A stretch of 62,990 bases of DNA, the filler included, from Octopus bimaculoides (taxonomy: Eukaryota), in assembly GCF_001194135.2 (NCBI RefSeq). It is 4 parts of 4 records of this genome, joined end to end, with 100 filler letters (N's around TTAATTAATTAA, not from the genome) between each part and the next. Parts side by side here need not be neighbours in the genome. Positions count along the whole stretch, not along the records: positions 1 to 17,007 come from NC_068983.1; 3 more parts are not named here. One strand, 5' to 3'. The first letter of the stretch is position 1. Every line of letters begins with the position of its first letter. Made by a program: the position numbers and the translations under genes. A model generated the notes under the pieces. That model saw only the letters and a list, made by a program, of their open reading frames with translations, was not told the DNA's origin and made no database searches. Shown one piece after another: positions 1 through 12,895 of this stretch.

Positions 1-118
1 GAAGAAGAAGAAGAAGAAGAAGAAGAAGAAGAAGAAGAAGAAGAAGAAGAAGAAGAAGAAGAAGAAGAAGAAGAAGAAGAAGAAGAAGAAGAAGAAGAAG
101 AAGAAGAAGAAGAAGAAG
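1..118. repeat. (GAA)n microsatellite
   Basis: Pure GAA trinucleotide run at the window start. Confidence 0.99.
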
Positions 119-3100
119 GAAATAAAATAAAATGAAATATACCTAATTACAAAGGTATATGAAATATACTCACACAAAACATCTTTCCATCGTTTCTATT
201 GGTAGTATAATGGCTGTTGTTACTTGAATGTAGCTTCACTTTCGCCTTCGAATATGCAGGTGCTTCTGAACGAGTCTTCCTTCAGTCTCTCGTAACACTT
301 GAATCATCCCATCTATTCGACTACCCAATGCACTAATCATTATCATGAGTTCTTTTGTATTGAGTATATATGCCCTGTAGAATCTTTTCCTTTTCTATTC
401 CAAAATTGTAAGTAAAAAGACAATATCAATGGAATAAGCCCCCATTAAAAGTTTTACTGGAGTATTCCTGACTCCCTTCAACACCCGTGCATCGGGTTGT
501 CTTTCACAAATACATTAGCCTGTGTTTTGTACCGTTCGGTGAAGATCAGTACAAAAGACGGTCTTTGATAAATTCAAGGTTCTAATGAATTCTGCATTGA
601 AATACCGATCTCATTTGTGAGACGTTGCTGCTATTACACAAATATACACCCTCGTCTGCGTATAAGAAAGGATAACTTTACTAATTGGTATTCTGTCACT
701 AAACGCACCCTCCAGGCTCTGGATCACACTTGTACCGACCTCCATTTCTAGTGTTCCTAATGCCACTATAATTGTTATTGTTATTGGGTGATAGCTTCAC
801 TCGCGTTTCTGAACTATCCATCCTTCAGTATCTCGTAACTCCGGGAGTGTCCAATTCCCTTCATCACCGCGCTAATAAATATGATGAATTCTTCCATCTT
901 AAGCTATAAGCCATGTGGAATCTTCTCCATGCCCGTGCTCTGTTTGTTGACATGGCCTTTCAACAATTTAAAGGGAACGTTTAAGACATTACTCCAGAGG
1001 TTCCGTGAAGGACATGCACGATGCCGTTTCATCCAGACGTCGATACCAACTAAAACCCCGTAATTTAAAACGTCCAGATAAATTAGAGACAATTGAGTAC
1101 CATAACATTTGCAGGTGAAATTATAAACAATGTATATAAAAAATGTATATAAATGATATACAATGTGTGATGGTAACAATGTTTACTAAGTGTAGGAACA
1201 GTTCTCTTAAAGTATGTATAATCATAACTAGCTCATATTTCATAAACACTGAAACGAATAGAAATGATAATTACGGAAACCTAATTTGAAATAGACAAGA
1301 GGAAAATATTAGACAATATTCACATATCTACTTCAGAACAATATCGTTATGAATTAGTTATACACACTGGGGAAAAAAATCAATTCCGAATTGCCGCTGA
1401 TCATAAAAAAATTACATACTCACTAATATTTTTAAATTTAAAATGCATAACAAAAGAATACTAACATAAAAATGAATCCAGTCAATGCCTAATGTCTGAG
1501 TCAAAGGAAAAAATATTCCCCTTCATTTTATTCCTTCTTGTATTTTTATATCATCTTCAATAATCTTAAAAATTGCCAGGCTAGTAACTGACTTAAATAA
1601 CCGAACGTGATGTAGCAACGCTGCAGACCGAACAGTGAGTTCAATTTATCTATAAACAAGAAACATTCAGGTCTTCCTTTCCAAACAAACTTTCGTAAGA
1701 AATAAAAGAATATTCAGATATATTTACTTTAAAATTACAAACAGATATAATCTGTATATATATATAAAAATATATATATTTAACCAAGTTCTGATTTATA
1801 GTAGGTTCATATTTCATTTATATACGTATACAATTCCAAATTTGCAAAATGTTTCCGATCCTTCAATCAAATAGGTATAAAAAAACCCTAAAAGCACGAT
1901 TGTAGAATCATAATTTGTTTAGAGTAAACCTGTGGAATAGTATATACTATTTTTTCCTCGCATACTTATTTCTTGAACCTTCATTTTCATACTCCAAGCT
2001 TTAAATATATTGATATCCATCACACTATAATTTTTAAATTTTTAATTGCTATAGATTTCAAATTAGTTAGGCTAATCGTTATTTAAAACCAGCTGAAACA
2101 GCATGATGAAGCTGTCAATTGATTTGTACATCATTCTTATATAAAAGTAAAATATTTATAAATCAAACTGATAAACACTCAGTTACTATGAAATATCATT
2201 ATCACACAACTTATATAAGTAGTTTGCTATGTTTCCATTATTCGTAAGGTTTATGGATATTCCAAACATAAAACTGCGCGGAATCTTAACGTCTATTGGA
2301 AGACATCTTAATCATATATTTTAAATGTAGCCTTAACGTCTACAACTAAATATAATAATAATTGAATGTAATCTTTTCTACATAGCTTGTAGTGCTTGAT
2401 GTGAATCTTCAAAGGAAATGGTAAGCAGATCCAGACATAACAACTATAAATGAAATGAACTTAAAAAATCTGGAATTCAAATTTTTATATCGTCGGAATG
2501 ATACAGTAAACCTTTTATTTTTATGGCTCCATTATTATTTTCTCATCATTTTCATCCGATAATAATGGTTAATTTATCCAGATTGTTTGTTAAAGTGCAA
2601 GATACCGCTATAACTAAAATATGATCTTTGGATTTGAAAATATGTGTTCCTGAAGATTTTATATTAAAACATTATTTTATACATCTTAAATAGATTTTAC
2701 GTAATTCTTCCTGCCTTCCAAATAATAACATTCGTGACCCACGTTAAGAAGGAGAGGTAAGCAATATGGAATAAATCTCACGAGTGCAAAGACTGAATTC
2801 ATTGATGTTTAGATTGGTCCAATATGATCAGGATTTTGTGTTTGAAACATACAAGGAATGAAACTAGCCAAACTTAGGTATATGATTTCAATCAGATTGC
2901 TAGAAGAAATTACCAAATCTTACTGAAACTACAAACTGACGCTCTTAGAAAACGAAGATAAACTGAATGATAGAGTATTTTATATAATGATCAATGAAAT
3001 CACAAATCTCTTTAGAAGGCATGCACAAGTAACATGGTGACTAGCCCCCACCAAGCACACACACACAAACACACACATTATATGTATGTAATTTCATATA

Positions 3101-3729
3101 TATATATTAGGCGCAGGCATCGCTGTGTGGTAAGAAGCTAGCTTCCCCGCGCATAGGTTGGTCAGTGTTTTTTTTTGCACTGCTAGGAGTCACGACGCCG
3201 TACACCAACGTCGAGAATTATTGAAGTGAAACACAACTACAAGCTAATACATTTGTTTTGGGGGAATGCAGTGTGGCTTTGTTGCTCGTGGTTATTTATT
3301 TTGTGAAACAAAAAATCTCCACTGAGTTCCGGGCAAAATGTCTGCCTGTAGTTGTGCTTAGAAGTCTCACTTAGCTGTGAGAAGTGTGTTTTAGGGACGT
3401 ATCCCTCCTCCTATAATTGAGAACATTGTGCTTATTTTTTTACCCATTTTTTGGTGAAATTGTTGTGTGATTGTTTTGTGCCCTGGATTACCAATTGGAT
3501 TACCGAGTTGGCTAGGAGCACCAGGACGGCCAGAAGAATAATTTGCTGTGTTTTTGAACTGTTTTTTGTCTTCTCCCTTGCTTCCTGCATTAAAAAAAAA
3601 CTCCTTGATCTTTTGTTCTTCTGTGAACTTTTTCCCAAAAAACATGGCAAATAAGATGAACAACACTGCGTTGGACTGAAAGATTTCCCNNNNNNNNNNN
3701 NNNNNNNNNNNNNNNNNNNNNNNNNGTGG

Positions 3730-4720
3730 ATGAAAGACTTTGATGGGAGGACGGTGCTGTTAAGGACTTACTCGAGGTCGCTCGATACCATCGCCCTCTT
3801 TAAAAAGATACAAATTGAAAAGGAGTTGGCAGAGTATTTGCCAGCTATAAAATTCATCTCCGGCGGGGGGGGGACAAGCATGCAACGGTGTGGTTGCTAT
3901 ATGACACCCGTGAGAAGGCTCGCAAATTTGCGAGCCAGCCTTTAGAGGGCAAAGAGATTTTGTTTCTTCCCACGTATTGTGAGAAGTTGACAAGAGCTTG
4001 GGTCTGCGGGTTGCCACCCGGGATAGAACCCGAGTGATAGAAGACACTATCCGCTGGGGTTTGGGTGGCAGCGGATCCAAGCTCCTTAATGTTAAAATTT
4101 TGCCGGTGGCTGATTGGTTTGGGTAAAAAGCTGTTTTCACCCTGTGGACCCAATCGGCTAAGAGTAGAAATAGTCGAGGAGGTGGACACCTCCCCGAAAA
4201 AAAGGCGGAAAATGGAAGAAGGTGGGCAACTATGGTTGCCCAACGAAGGACCCCAAAGCTGCGGGAGGGAGAAATGATCCTTCGGTTAAATCAGCGGAAC
4301 TACACCTTCCCGTATCAAAGACAATAAAAAATAAGAAAAAGAATGGGACAGTGCCCGCGGTTAGCAGTACACTGCCGGCATGTCCTGAAACCTCGTCGGC
4401 GGGAATAGTACCACCGACGTAGGAAACTTTGGACCCTCCCAGTATAATAAATGAGGAATGTGTGACCACCTTTCTTAAGGGAAGGTCGGGAAGAGGAGGT
4501 CCTGTCCTGCGCTGAAAGTCCAAATTGGCCTCTGCAGGTGGCTGTGGAGGTCATGGTGGAAAATGACTTGTACAGTGTGATGGACACCTTTACGAAAGAT
4601 GAATACAATTATTTCTTACGGGGCCCCGACTTGCGACTGCAGGCATGCTTGCAGGTGGCAAGAGACTTAGTCGGGGAGGTGGAGCAACATGTCTTAATGC
4701 CTCAATTCCTCCGTTTGTAA
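3730..4720 (+). mobile_element. Decayed ORF1-like region of an L1/Tx1-type LINE
   Basis: GC-richer island with broken frames: MKDFDGRTVLLRTYSR..., RLRVEIVEEVDTSPKKRRKME..., and C-terminal WPLQVAVEVMVENDLYSVMDTF...RGPDLRLQACLQVARDLVGEVEQHVLMPQFLRL*. These resemble ORF1 proteins of octopus non-LTR elements, recalled from memory and not searched. Confidence 0.5.
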
Positions 4721-5229
4721 CTGTTGTAAGAGGTTAGTACCTCATTGTGTTTGGTTCTTAAAAAAAGAACAATGTTATCGGGAAGTAATTTCGGCGGGCG
4801 TTAATATATCTCGCCAGATGATAAATATATACAACTGGTTAAAATGACTGATCCGCACTGTAGCTTTCCCTTTTGTAGAGACAAAAGTAGTAAGACGGAG
4901 GATATATCTTTATTTATATAGAAGGTAAAAAGTAAAATCATATACGATAAAAAAAAAACGATCACGCAATCCAGTGAGTAAAGTATTTGAAATAACCGTT
5001 CACAGGTATGGATGTATAAGCCCCCTCACGAAAGCTGCATGGCGCGAGTACACTCGGTCATACAAGCATCCGGAAAAATGTGACCATACGCACACGTGAG
5101 GTTTGGTGCACTGATGATCACAAAGCGAGTTATTTATCAACTTGGTGTTTATAGGAATGGGGCGGTTAAAAGAAAACTTCACTCATTCATACCTTAAAAT
5201 AGATTAAGTTAAGTGAACGGTTACTCAAA

Positions 5230-6060
5230 ATTCTATCTCACTGCATTGTGCAAAAGTACATTCATATGCATGTAGGCATCTCGAGAGTCGTTCAGAAATT
5301 CTATTATCTTCTCGTTAGTCCACATAATAGACAGGGATTCCTCGGAGCAGAGACAGCATCTCCTGGAAATAATATTGTATGGTTTTGCTTACTTAAGTAT
5401 AGACCAATGAATGTTGTACTTCGTTTTATCTTCCTTCAGTCGCCACACAAAATCTGCCAAAGATGTTGAATGTCTCTTATTGATTGCTATAAAGCTGACA
5501 ACATGGTTACAATAACGATTGTTAAATGAATCAGCTGTCTGCCCAAATTTAAACATAGTACCCTCCCCTTGTGTGCACGGAACATTTATATACAAGGTTT
5601 CTACTCTTACAGAGATTCATAAAAGGAGCATTTTGATTTTTCTCCTGCCATTATCGTACTTGTATAAAAAGCAGTCTCGGCTCCATTTACCGGCGTTGTT
5701 ACTGAGCTATTTGTTACGGAGCTATCTGTGTCATAAGTATTTCTACTGCTACAAATTGGTGTTTATCAATGCGGTTCATATCTCCTTGTTTGATATTTAG
5801 ATGCAAATGTTCACTAGATCCAGTAGATAGGTTATTGAGCCTTTGCCTCATTTTGCTATTTACACGACGCATAAGTTGTTCTAAATTAGCAGAGTTGGTG
5901 TAGGATACCTTCACGGTGTGTCGATTAAAATAGCATGGTACCCATTACATTGAGGAAAACATCTGCCCAAAACAGCAAACGATTTTCCAGCTATCTTGGT
6001 TGAAACATGCAGACCCAAAATCGGATTTGTAGACCAAAAATCGTTTTTGTCCTGAAGATA
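5230..6060 (-). mobile_element. Penelope-like retroelement remnant (GIY-YIG endonuclease region, Naiad-like), copy A
   Basis: Frameshifted minus-strand translation gives NRHTVKVSYTNSANL, FGQTADSFNNRYCNHVVSF...HSTSLADFVWRLKEDKTKYNIHWSILK*AKPYNIISRRCCLCSEE. This matches the KVSYS / YIG..F..RY.NH / W.LK / RC.LC..E pattern of PLE endonucleases. Confidence 0.8.
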
Positions 6061-6329
6061 TTTCACTCTACATCTTAAAAAATGCAAAATTATCTTATTA
6101 TATATATTTTGTAATTTGTACTGAGTGTAAATGAAAACGCTAGTAGGCAATGTTTATTAATTAAAAATTAATTCCTGTCAATTATATCTCTTCTTTTTCT
6201 CAATAATATTTGATATATTNNNNNNNNNNNNNNNNNNNNNNNNNNNNNNNNNNNNNNNNNNNNNNNNNNNNNNNNNNNNNNNNNNNNNNNNNNNNNNNNN
6301 NNNNNNNNNNNNNNNNNNNTACCTTGTGG

Positions 6330-7045
6330 TATTTCATCATGGCCGGTATGACAGACTGTAACAGCCTGTCAGTCTGTTACAGTCAAAAGAATGTCCTATC
6401 CTTTGGCAGTACATAACTTACCTTTCTTTGATCCATTTGCATTTGGCGTACAATTTTCCAATACACCATTGATTGCATGTGCTGTGCAGTTGGTCTTCAG
6501 ATCTCATATATGGCTACCCAACTCTGAAAGCAGAATAGTTGTTTGCTTATCTACTTTGGAAATTGCCTTCACTAAAGCCCACGTAATTTTTGCTTTCGAT
6601 TATGTTATTTGGAATACTGCTTGATGTCAGCTTCCTAAGCGACTGAGTTTACCGAAAACGCTTGATACAGTGTGCAACTTCAGGTTCACAAGAGCTATAA
6701 ATAGAAGTGGGCTTCAGAATATGGCGTTGAGAGTCATTATGCCCTTGATATTCGGAGAGCTGTATGAGATTGTCACTGAGCATCTATTATCATCGAATTA
6801 TGCCGGGAACTGTTTGCATATGTTAGCCTTAATATTAAAAAGAAAGGTGGGGAGCCATATTATTTTCTTGCGTCCATTTTTAGGTTTCATTATTTTTAAG
6901 TGAACTGTTGTAAGGCATCCTTGAAATCTGTTAGCTATGGTATTGTAATTGAAAAGAGATATTTTAATACTGATATTCACTATGAGGTTTTTGAACTTTC
7001 TACTGGAGTGACGGGACACTTTATGTTTATATACGATTTTCTCAT
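6330..7045 (-). mobile_element. Penelope-like retroelement remnant (GIY-YIG region, Naiad-like), copy B
   Basis: Minus-strand fragments KPKNGRKKIIWLPTF...KANICKQF, KNYVGFSEGNFQSR and NGSKKGKLCTAK appear in the expected order. Confidence 0.75.
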
Positions 7046-8114
7046 TCGCCTTTTGTTAAGGTATATATTAGTAGTATACAAGAAAAGAGAGGATCATTGC
7101 ATTGATGTGTAAATCTATTTTAAACATATTTCTATACATTCGAACGCAAGACTCATATACAGGATAGTGTCGCGGAGAAAAGATTTCACCGCATAGTCTT
7201 TGTGTGTAAAAACACATAGTACCCAGTTCCTATTGACGTCAGTTAATTAAACTCAACAATCTGTTCGGCAGAATTTTTCCGTTTATTAGCAGGTGACGAA
7301 CCAACCATTTAGCGTTTAACAGGTGTTAATTATTTTAGAAATGAGAAAAATATATTTGGTGATGTGCGTTCAGACTCGATGTCTGTTATTCTCTTCATAT
7401 CACATGGCACTCTGTTTGATGTATTTTAAAATATAAATTCAATGGAGATTTTTTTTTCCGAGAAACTTCACAAAGCAAATGTCTCTCGCATTCTAATCTG
7501 CAGCAATATCATTACAAGTATATGTGCCTATCTCTATATATTGACTGTGAGTGTTTCAGTCTGACAAATCTCAGCATCAGAAACACGTTAATTTTTTGCG
7601 ACACCTTATATACAGAAACGGTTTTTTTTGTGTATTCTTATGACCCAAATTATATCTGCAACTCAAGAGGTAATATGTCTAAAACTTGTCTGCCCTCTCT
7701 AGTGGATTGTAACTTTATTTTTAGGACGGTTCACACGGAAATATATATGCATGTGATGGCGTGTGTACGTGTGTCTAATAAGACAATTAATTAAAGAAAT
7801 AAAATAAGAGATCTTGAGAGTTACATCACTGAAGCTCCAGATTCCCAATGGTAACTATGTTAAAGAGTTTTCTTATGTATTAAATGTACTTTCTTTTTTT
7901 CGTTCCAAAGAAAAAAAAACCTGTTAATTTTAGGTCTACGCAATATAAACCAAAAAGCGGTTAGGTAATTTGATGTCGTGGTGTGTGTGAGTTTTGTACA
8001 CAGAAGTCTATCGTTTTGAAAATTTCATATGACGCGTGGGAATGTAGGTCTATAGAAAGTCTAGACTACAATATTTTCAAACAAATTGTTTAAACAACAT
8101 TCATAACATACTGG

Positions 8115-8350
8115 AGTCAATGAGAATGAAGTATAGGGGTTACACATAAAGAATATTGTTTAGTAATTAATGACAAAAAAGAGAAAATTGATAAAATGTT
8201 TTAAAAATTCATTTAAGTTGCTTACAAACATTGAAATATAGTTGGCTCAATGAGAATGAAGCCTACAGGTTACACATAAACAATAATGATATGAAATTTA
8301 TTACAAAAAAGGAGAAAATAATAATATGTTTTAAAAAGTCATTTTAAGTA
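8115..8350 (+). repeat. Diverged two-copy tandem repeat, about 130-bp period
   Basis: tcaatgagaatgaag...ggttacacataaa...aaaaa(g)gagaaaat...atgttttaaaaa.tcatt occurs twice in tandem. Confidence 0.85.
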
Positions 8351-8899
8351 GCGTAATGCGCCTTCAGATCAACGGACTTAAGTAAAAGATTATTCGCCTA
8401 TATGAGTGTGTGAATAATAATGATAATGTTATGGGGAAATAAGTAAAAGAAATTGCGGATAAGTAATGTGTGGGTAATGACACGGTTAATATAGTCACAG
8501 GACGCGATATCGAGCACAGTCCTTTGTATGTAGTGGATTTTGCATTAAGTCATTTCTGAATATTTTATCGCAAGTATGTAACATAGTTGAAGTCATAAGA
8601 TACAACCTTGTAACAAAGGCTGTTAAGAATACCATAAAATATTTCAGTCAGTGGCTAGGTAATTAAATCATATGTTGCCACAGAATATATTTCTTCTTCT
8701 CACCACCTATGATACAATTGGGAAGTCTATGCTTAAACATGATGAAATATACTACTTCCAAGTGAATAGATGTACAAATAAGAAATATAGCAATAGCCAA
8801 TTCCCTCATAAAGTACCAAATTATGGACATGAAAACATCAAAAATCAATTATACACACACATATACACATACAAAAACACACACTCATACACACACAGA

Positions 8900-8931
<32 letters not shown>

Positions 8932-9059
8932 TCTCATACACACAAACGCACAAACATATGAATATATTTTTGTATACATACTAGATTTATCCACCGTGAC
9001 ATGTTGGGTCGCAACCACACCAAATTGAAAATGTCGATGCGCGAAGGCAAAAGGTAAAA

Positions 9060-9750
9060 TACTATTTCGAACTTCATGCAATAAAATTCTTAAGTAATCC
9101 AGTACTCCTGCCTTTGGTGTGACAACATAAACACGACCAAGTGTTTCTTCTTTGAAAACGTTCAAATGACCTTCGACTTTTCCCCTCACATTTTCTTTTC
9201 TCTTCTATTTTACTAATGTTCAAAGTGACATACCTCTGTATGAAGTAATGCTTTAGCAAAGTCGACATCACTGCACAATGAAAAGAATTCTGTCAATGTT
9301 GTTCTCACATGTTGTTCATTGACAGTCATACATATTATTTCAGAGGAATATTCTTTGTTCATCTGGTAGATGAACTGGCAGTCTCATTTATACACGTGCT
9401 CGTTCATGAACTGAAAATCTTAAAATGGATGCAACTGCTTCGGATGATCCAATATACCTACTCATTAAATATTGGCTAATTTCCGTATCATTGTTTATTT
9501 GAGCAGTAGCTTTGTCATTTCCTTTCAACCTGGCATTTCAATGCCTTTAAAAGAGTTTCATTATAATGTACAACCCATTTGTTGTGTTTTCCCATTCCTA
9601 TGAGATTCAAGTCATCCTATTGCAACTGATCTTCGTCTACAAAGGAATAATCTCTCTGTTTTACTGCCTTTTTATTAAGATGTTAAAGATTAATATTTTA
9701 TTCACAAAAACGTCTCATGAAAATATCGGGAGAATTTTTCTTTCAGCCCT
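9060..9750 (-). mobile_element. Helitron Rep-helicase remnant
   Basis: Minus-strand translation gives NKWVVHYNETLLKA, EISQYLMSRYIGSSEAVASILRFSVHER..MRLPVHLPDEQRI and TLGRVYVVTPKAGVLDYLRILLHEVR. These are recognisable Helitron RepHel blocks. Confidence 0.85.
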
Positions 9751-11026
9751 CGGCACACGAGCTTTGTATAAATGATTGAAGGAAGAAAACAGAAAGTAAA
9801 AAAAGAAGAACGGACGGCATTAGGTGGGTCAAACCTTTGAAGTGTCGACGTCTACAAGTTGATTTTTTCTAAAAGGAGAACATGATTATTTCATTTGTAA
9901 TCTTTATCATATTGAACAAATGACAGGAAAAGAGACATACATTGAGTCTTAGTATAACACACACACACACACACACATATATATANNNNNNNNNNNNNNN
10001 NNNNNNNNNNNNNNNNNNNNNNNNNNNNNNNNNNNNNNNNNNNNNNNNNNNNNNNNNNNNNNNNNNNNNNNNNNNNNNNNNNNNNNNNNNNNNNNNNNNN
10101 NNNNNNNNNNNNNNNNNNNNNNNNNNNNNNNNNNNNNNNNNNNNNNNNNNNNNNNNNNNNNNNNNNNNNNNNNNNNNNNNNNNNNNNNNNNNNNNNNNNN
10201 NNNNNNNNNNNNNNNNNNNNNNNNNNNNNNNNNNNNNNNNNNNNNNNNNNNNNNNNNNNNNNNNNNNNNNNNNNNNNNNNNNNNNNNNNNNNNNNNNNNN
10301 NNNNNNNNNNNNNNNNNNNNNNNNNNNNNNNNNNNNNNNNNNNNNNNNNNNNNNNNNNNNNNNNNNNNNNNNNNNNNNNNNNNNNNNNNNNNNNNNNNNN
10401 NNNNNNNNNNNNNNNNNNNNNNNNNNNNNNNNNNNNNNNNNNNNNNNNNNNNNNNNNNNNNNNNNNNNNNNNNNNNNNNNNNNNNNNNNNNNNNNNNNNN
10501 NNNNNNNNNNNNNNNNNNNNNNNNNNNNNNNNNNNNNNNNNNNNNNNNNNNNNNNNNNNNNNNNNNNNNNNNNNNNNNNNNNNNNNNNNNNNNNNNNNNN
10601 NNNNNNNNNNNNNNNNNNNNNNNNNNNNNNNNNNNNNNNNNNNNNNNNNNNNNNNNNNNNNNNNNNNNNNNNNNNNNNNNNNNNNNNNNNNNNNNNATAT
10701 ATATATATATATATATAATTATTACAAATTAAAAGGGTAAAGGATTATCAATTTATTAATTAATAAATCAATTAATAATTAATAATTTTTACCAAGCCCA
10801 TCGGTATGAAAGCACCATTATTGGTGGAGAACTTATTCAAAAGTTCATATATTTATACATATAATTAAGGGATCGGCAAAATATTTGCTTCACCATATAC
10901 CGAAGTTCAGAAAATAGCAGCTAAAAAAGCTGAGAATCTCACATGATTCAGATGAATATGATACTTGAGTTGAGGTACCAGAATTTTGTTCGGTATTATC
11001 CAGGGAATTTCGAAATAAGGTGATTA

Positions 11027-11772
11027 AAAACAAAATAAGCAACAAGCATATCCAGAGGTAATGCAGTACGATCGTTTCAAGCAACTCCATTTAATTGAAC
11101 AATGTAATGATTACATCAATTTAAAATGATAACAATCCTCAGCTGCATAAAACATAGAATGTAATTAAATTAAAACATATAGGGACATTAGTATAATTTT
11201 ACCTAATATCTCCGAGAAGGTAAGGAGATAGAGAAAGAACATGCTGTCTTCACTTCAGGTTAGAAGCTATTAAGGTATCAGGAAGAAAGACTCTATTACT
11301 CAAACTATCAATTTTTCCTCAATTAAAAGGTGCTGAGATTACAGGACTAAGAAAATAATTTTCTGGTCATATCCTGCCTTAGACAATGCAACATTTTAGT
11401 GGTATGAATGGGAATTAAAAATATCAATGTTTGATGATAATTTAGTAATTCTCCTACAAATACTTTTAACTACCGTTTTTATAAATTAAAATTGATCCCA
11501 TAGAACAGTGACAAGCAACATCTGTAACAGGCCTTTGTTCCTGATACCTTAGTAGCTTCTAAGCGGAAGTGAAGACTGGATGTTCTTTCTCTATCTCCTT
11601 ACCTTCTTCGATATTTTAGATAAAATATTACTAATGTGTCCATCTGTTTTAATTTAATAACATTTTATGTCCTTATGCAACTGAGGTAGTGATTACATTG
11701 TTTAATTAAATGGAGTTGCTTGGAACGCTCGTACTGCATTACCTCTGGATATCCTTGATGCTTATTTTGATT
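11027..11772. mobile_element. Foldback/MITE-like element with about 250-bp inverted arms
   Basis: 11027-11290 is an imperfect reverse complement of 11530-11772 (e.g. atatccagaggtaatgcagtacga versus tcgtactgcattacctctggatat). Confidence 0.85.
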
Positions 11773-12895
11773 TATATATATATATATATATATATATTTG
11801 TTCAAATTAATAACAATTAGTAAAATTACTTTGAAATTTTTATATTTCACGTAAATAATTTATGCCGATTATCATTGCAACAGTTTGATTATATATATGT
11901 ATTTTTTAAATGACTACACCGCATTACACTGCAGCCATCGTAAGATATAAATCTTTCGACGAACAAATTTAATCGGCTTGTTTGATTAATTTCTTAAATT
12001 ATTTTATCGCAAAAGCAAGCAGAGTACTATCACTTTGCAATATAAATGTATTAAATACGGCACTTAATTTTGTAGGCTAGCTGTGTTTACTTCTTGAAGT
12101 GCATTCTAAGTACATTCCGTATTTCCAAGTACCATTCGTGAATCCGCTCTTTTCTCATTTGATTACACGTGTTTCTCCACGAATAAACTTCTTGGTAGGA
12201 GGAAAAGTTGCTATCAAGTATAGATTTCCTTTTTAATTATCACTGTATTGCAATGTGTAGATAGGAAAACTTTTCTTTTCATTCGAACACCACGTTATCA
12301 ATTAAATACTGGGAAAAATACAAGTAAATTTTTTAGACGACATAAAAGAATTCTCGTTAGAGTTTGCCATCTAATATTAATCAACCAAATAACGACTGAC
12401 TAATGAATTCAGTTAAAGATGATATCCAAAATTAGGCCATGATACAAGTATAAATATAGTGTAATGGGGAGAAACCTCATGTTCATATCAACACAAGGAA
12501 ATGCCGGTTAATATCAAATCTTATGGATGGGGATGTCGATAGCGTATGTATGTTTTTACGCCATTTAGTACGGAGAAGCTGATGTGTACTAATTCACGAG
12601 TAAAGAGTAAGGTAGTTAATCAACTATTTCCTAATAGTAACAACAACGGATATTAGATGGTACTAATGACAGATGCGTACGAATCTTGAATATATAATTA
12701 ATTCCCTCTTTAATATACAAACACAATGGTATATTTCCATTATATAGATACCATTAGTGTAAGATCTATATGATGTACAATTGATATAACTTCATTAATA
12801 TTTCCCAGTTCTATTTATCAATGTATGTTTTTTCTTTGAGTTTTGTTATAGTACTAGTTGGTCGCAAACGATACGAGATTTTCCGGTGATTTTAT

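Noticed and set aside
600-760. Ig-like D-x-G-x-Y-x-C motif (ADEGVYLC) on the minus strand
   Set aside because: Flanked by stops and lacking the other Ig strands; treated as part of the unresolved duplication at 165-1100.
3160-3690. ORFs at 3391-3666
   Set aside because: Probably a decayed repeat; frames give conflicting weak hints (Tc1-like versus LINE 3' end) and cannot be assigned.
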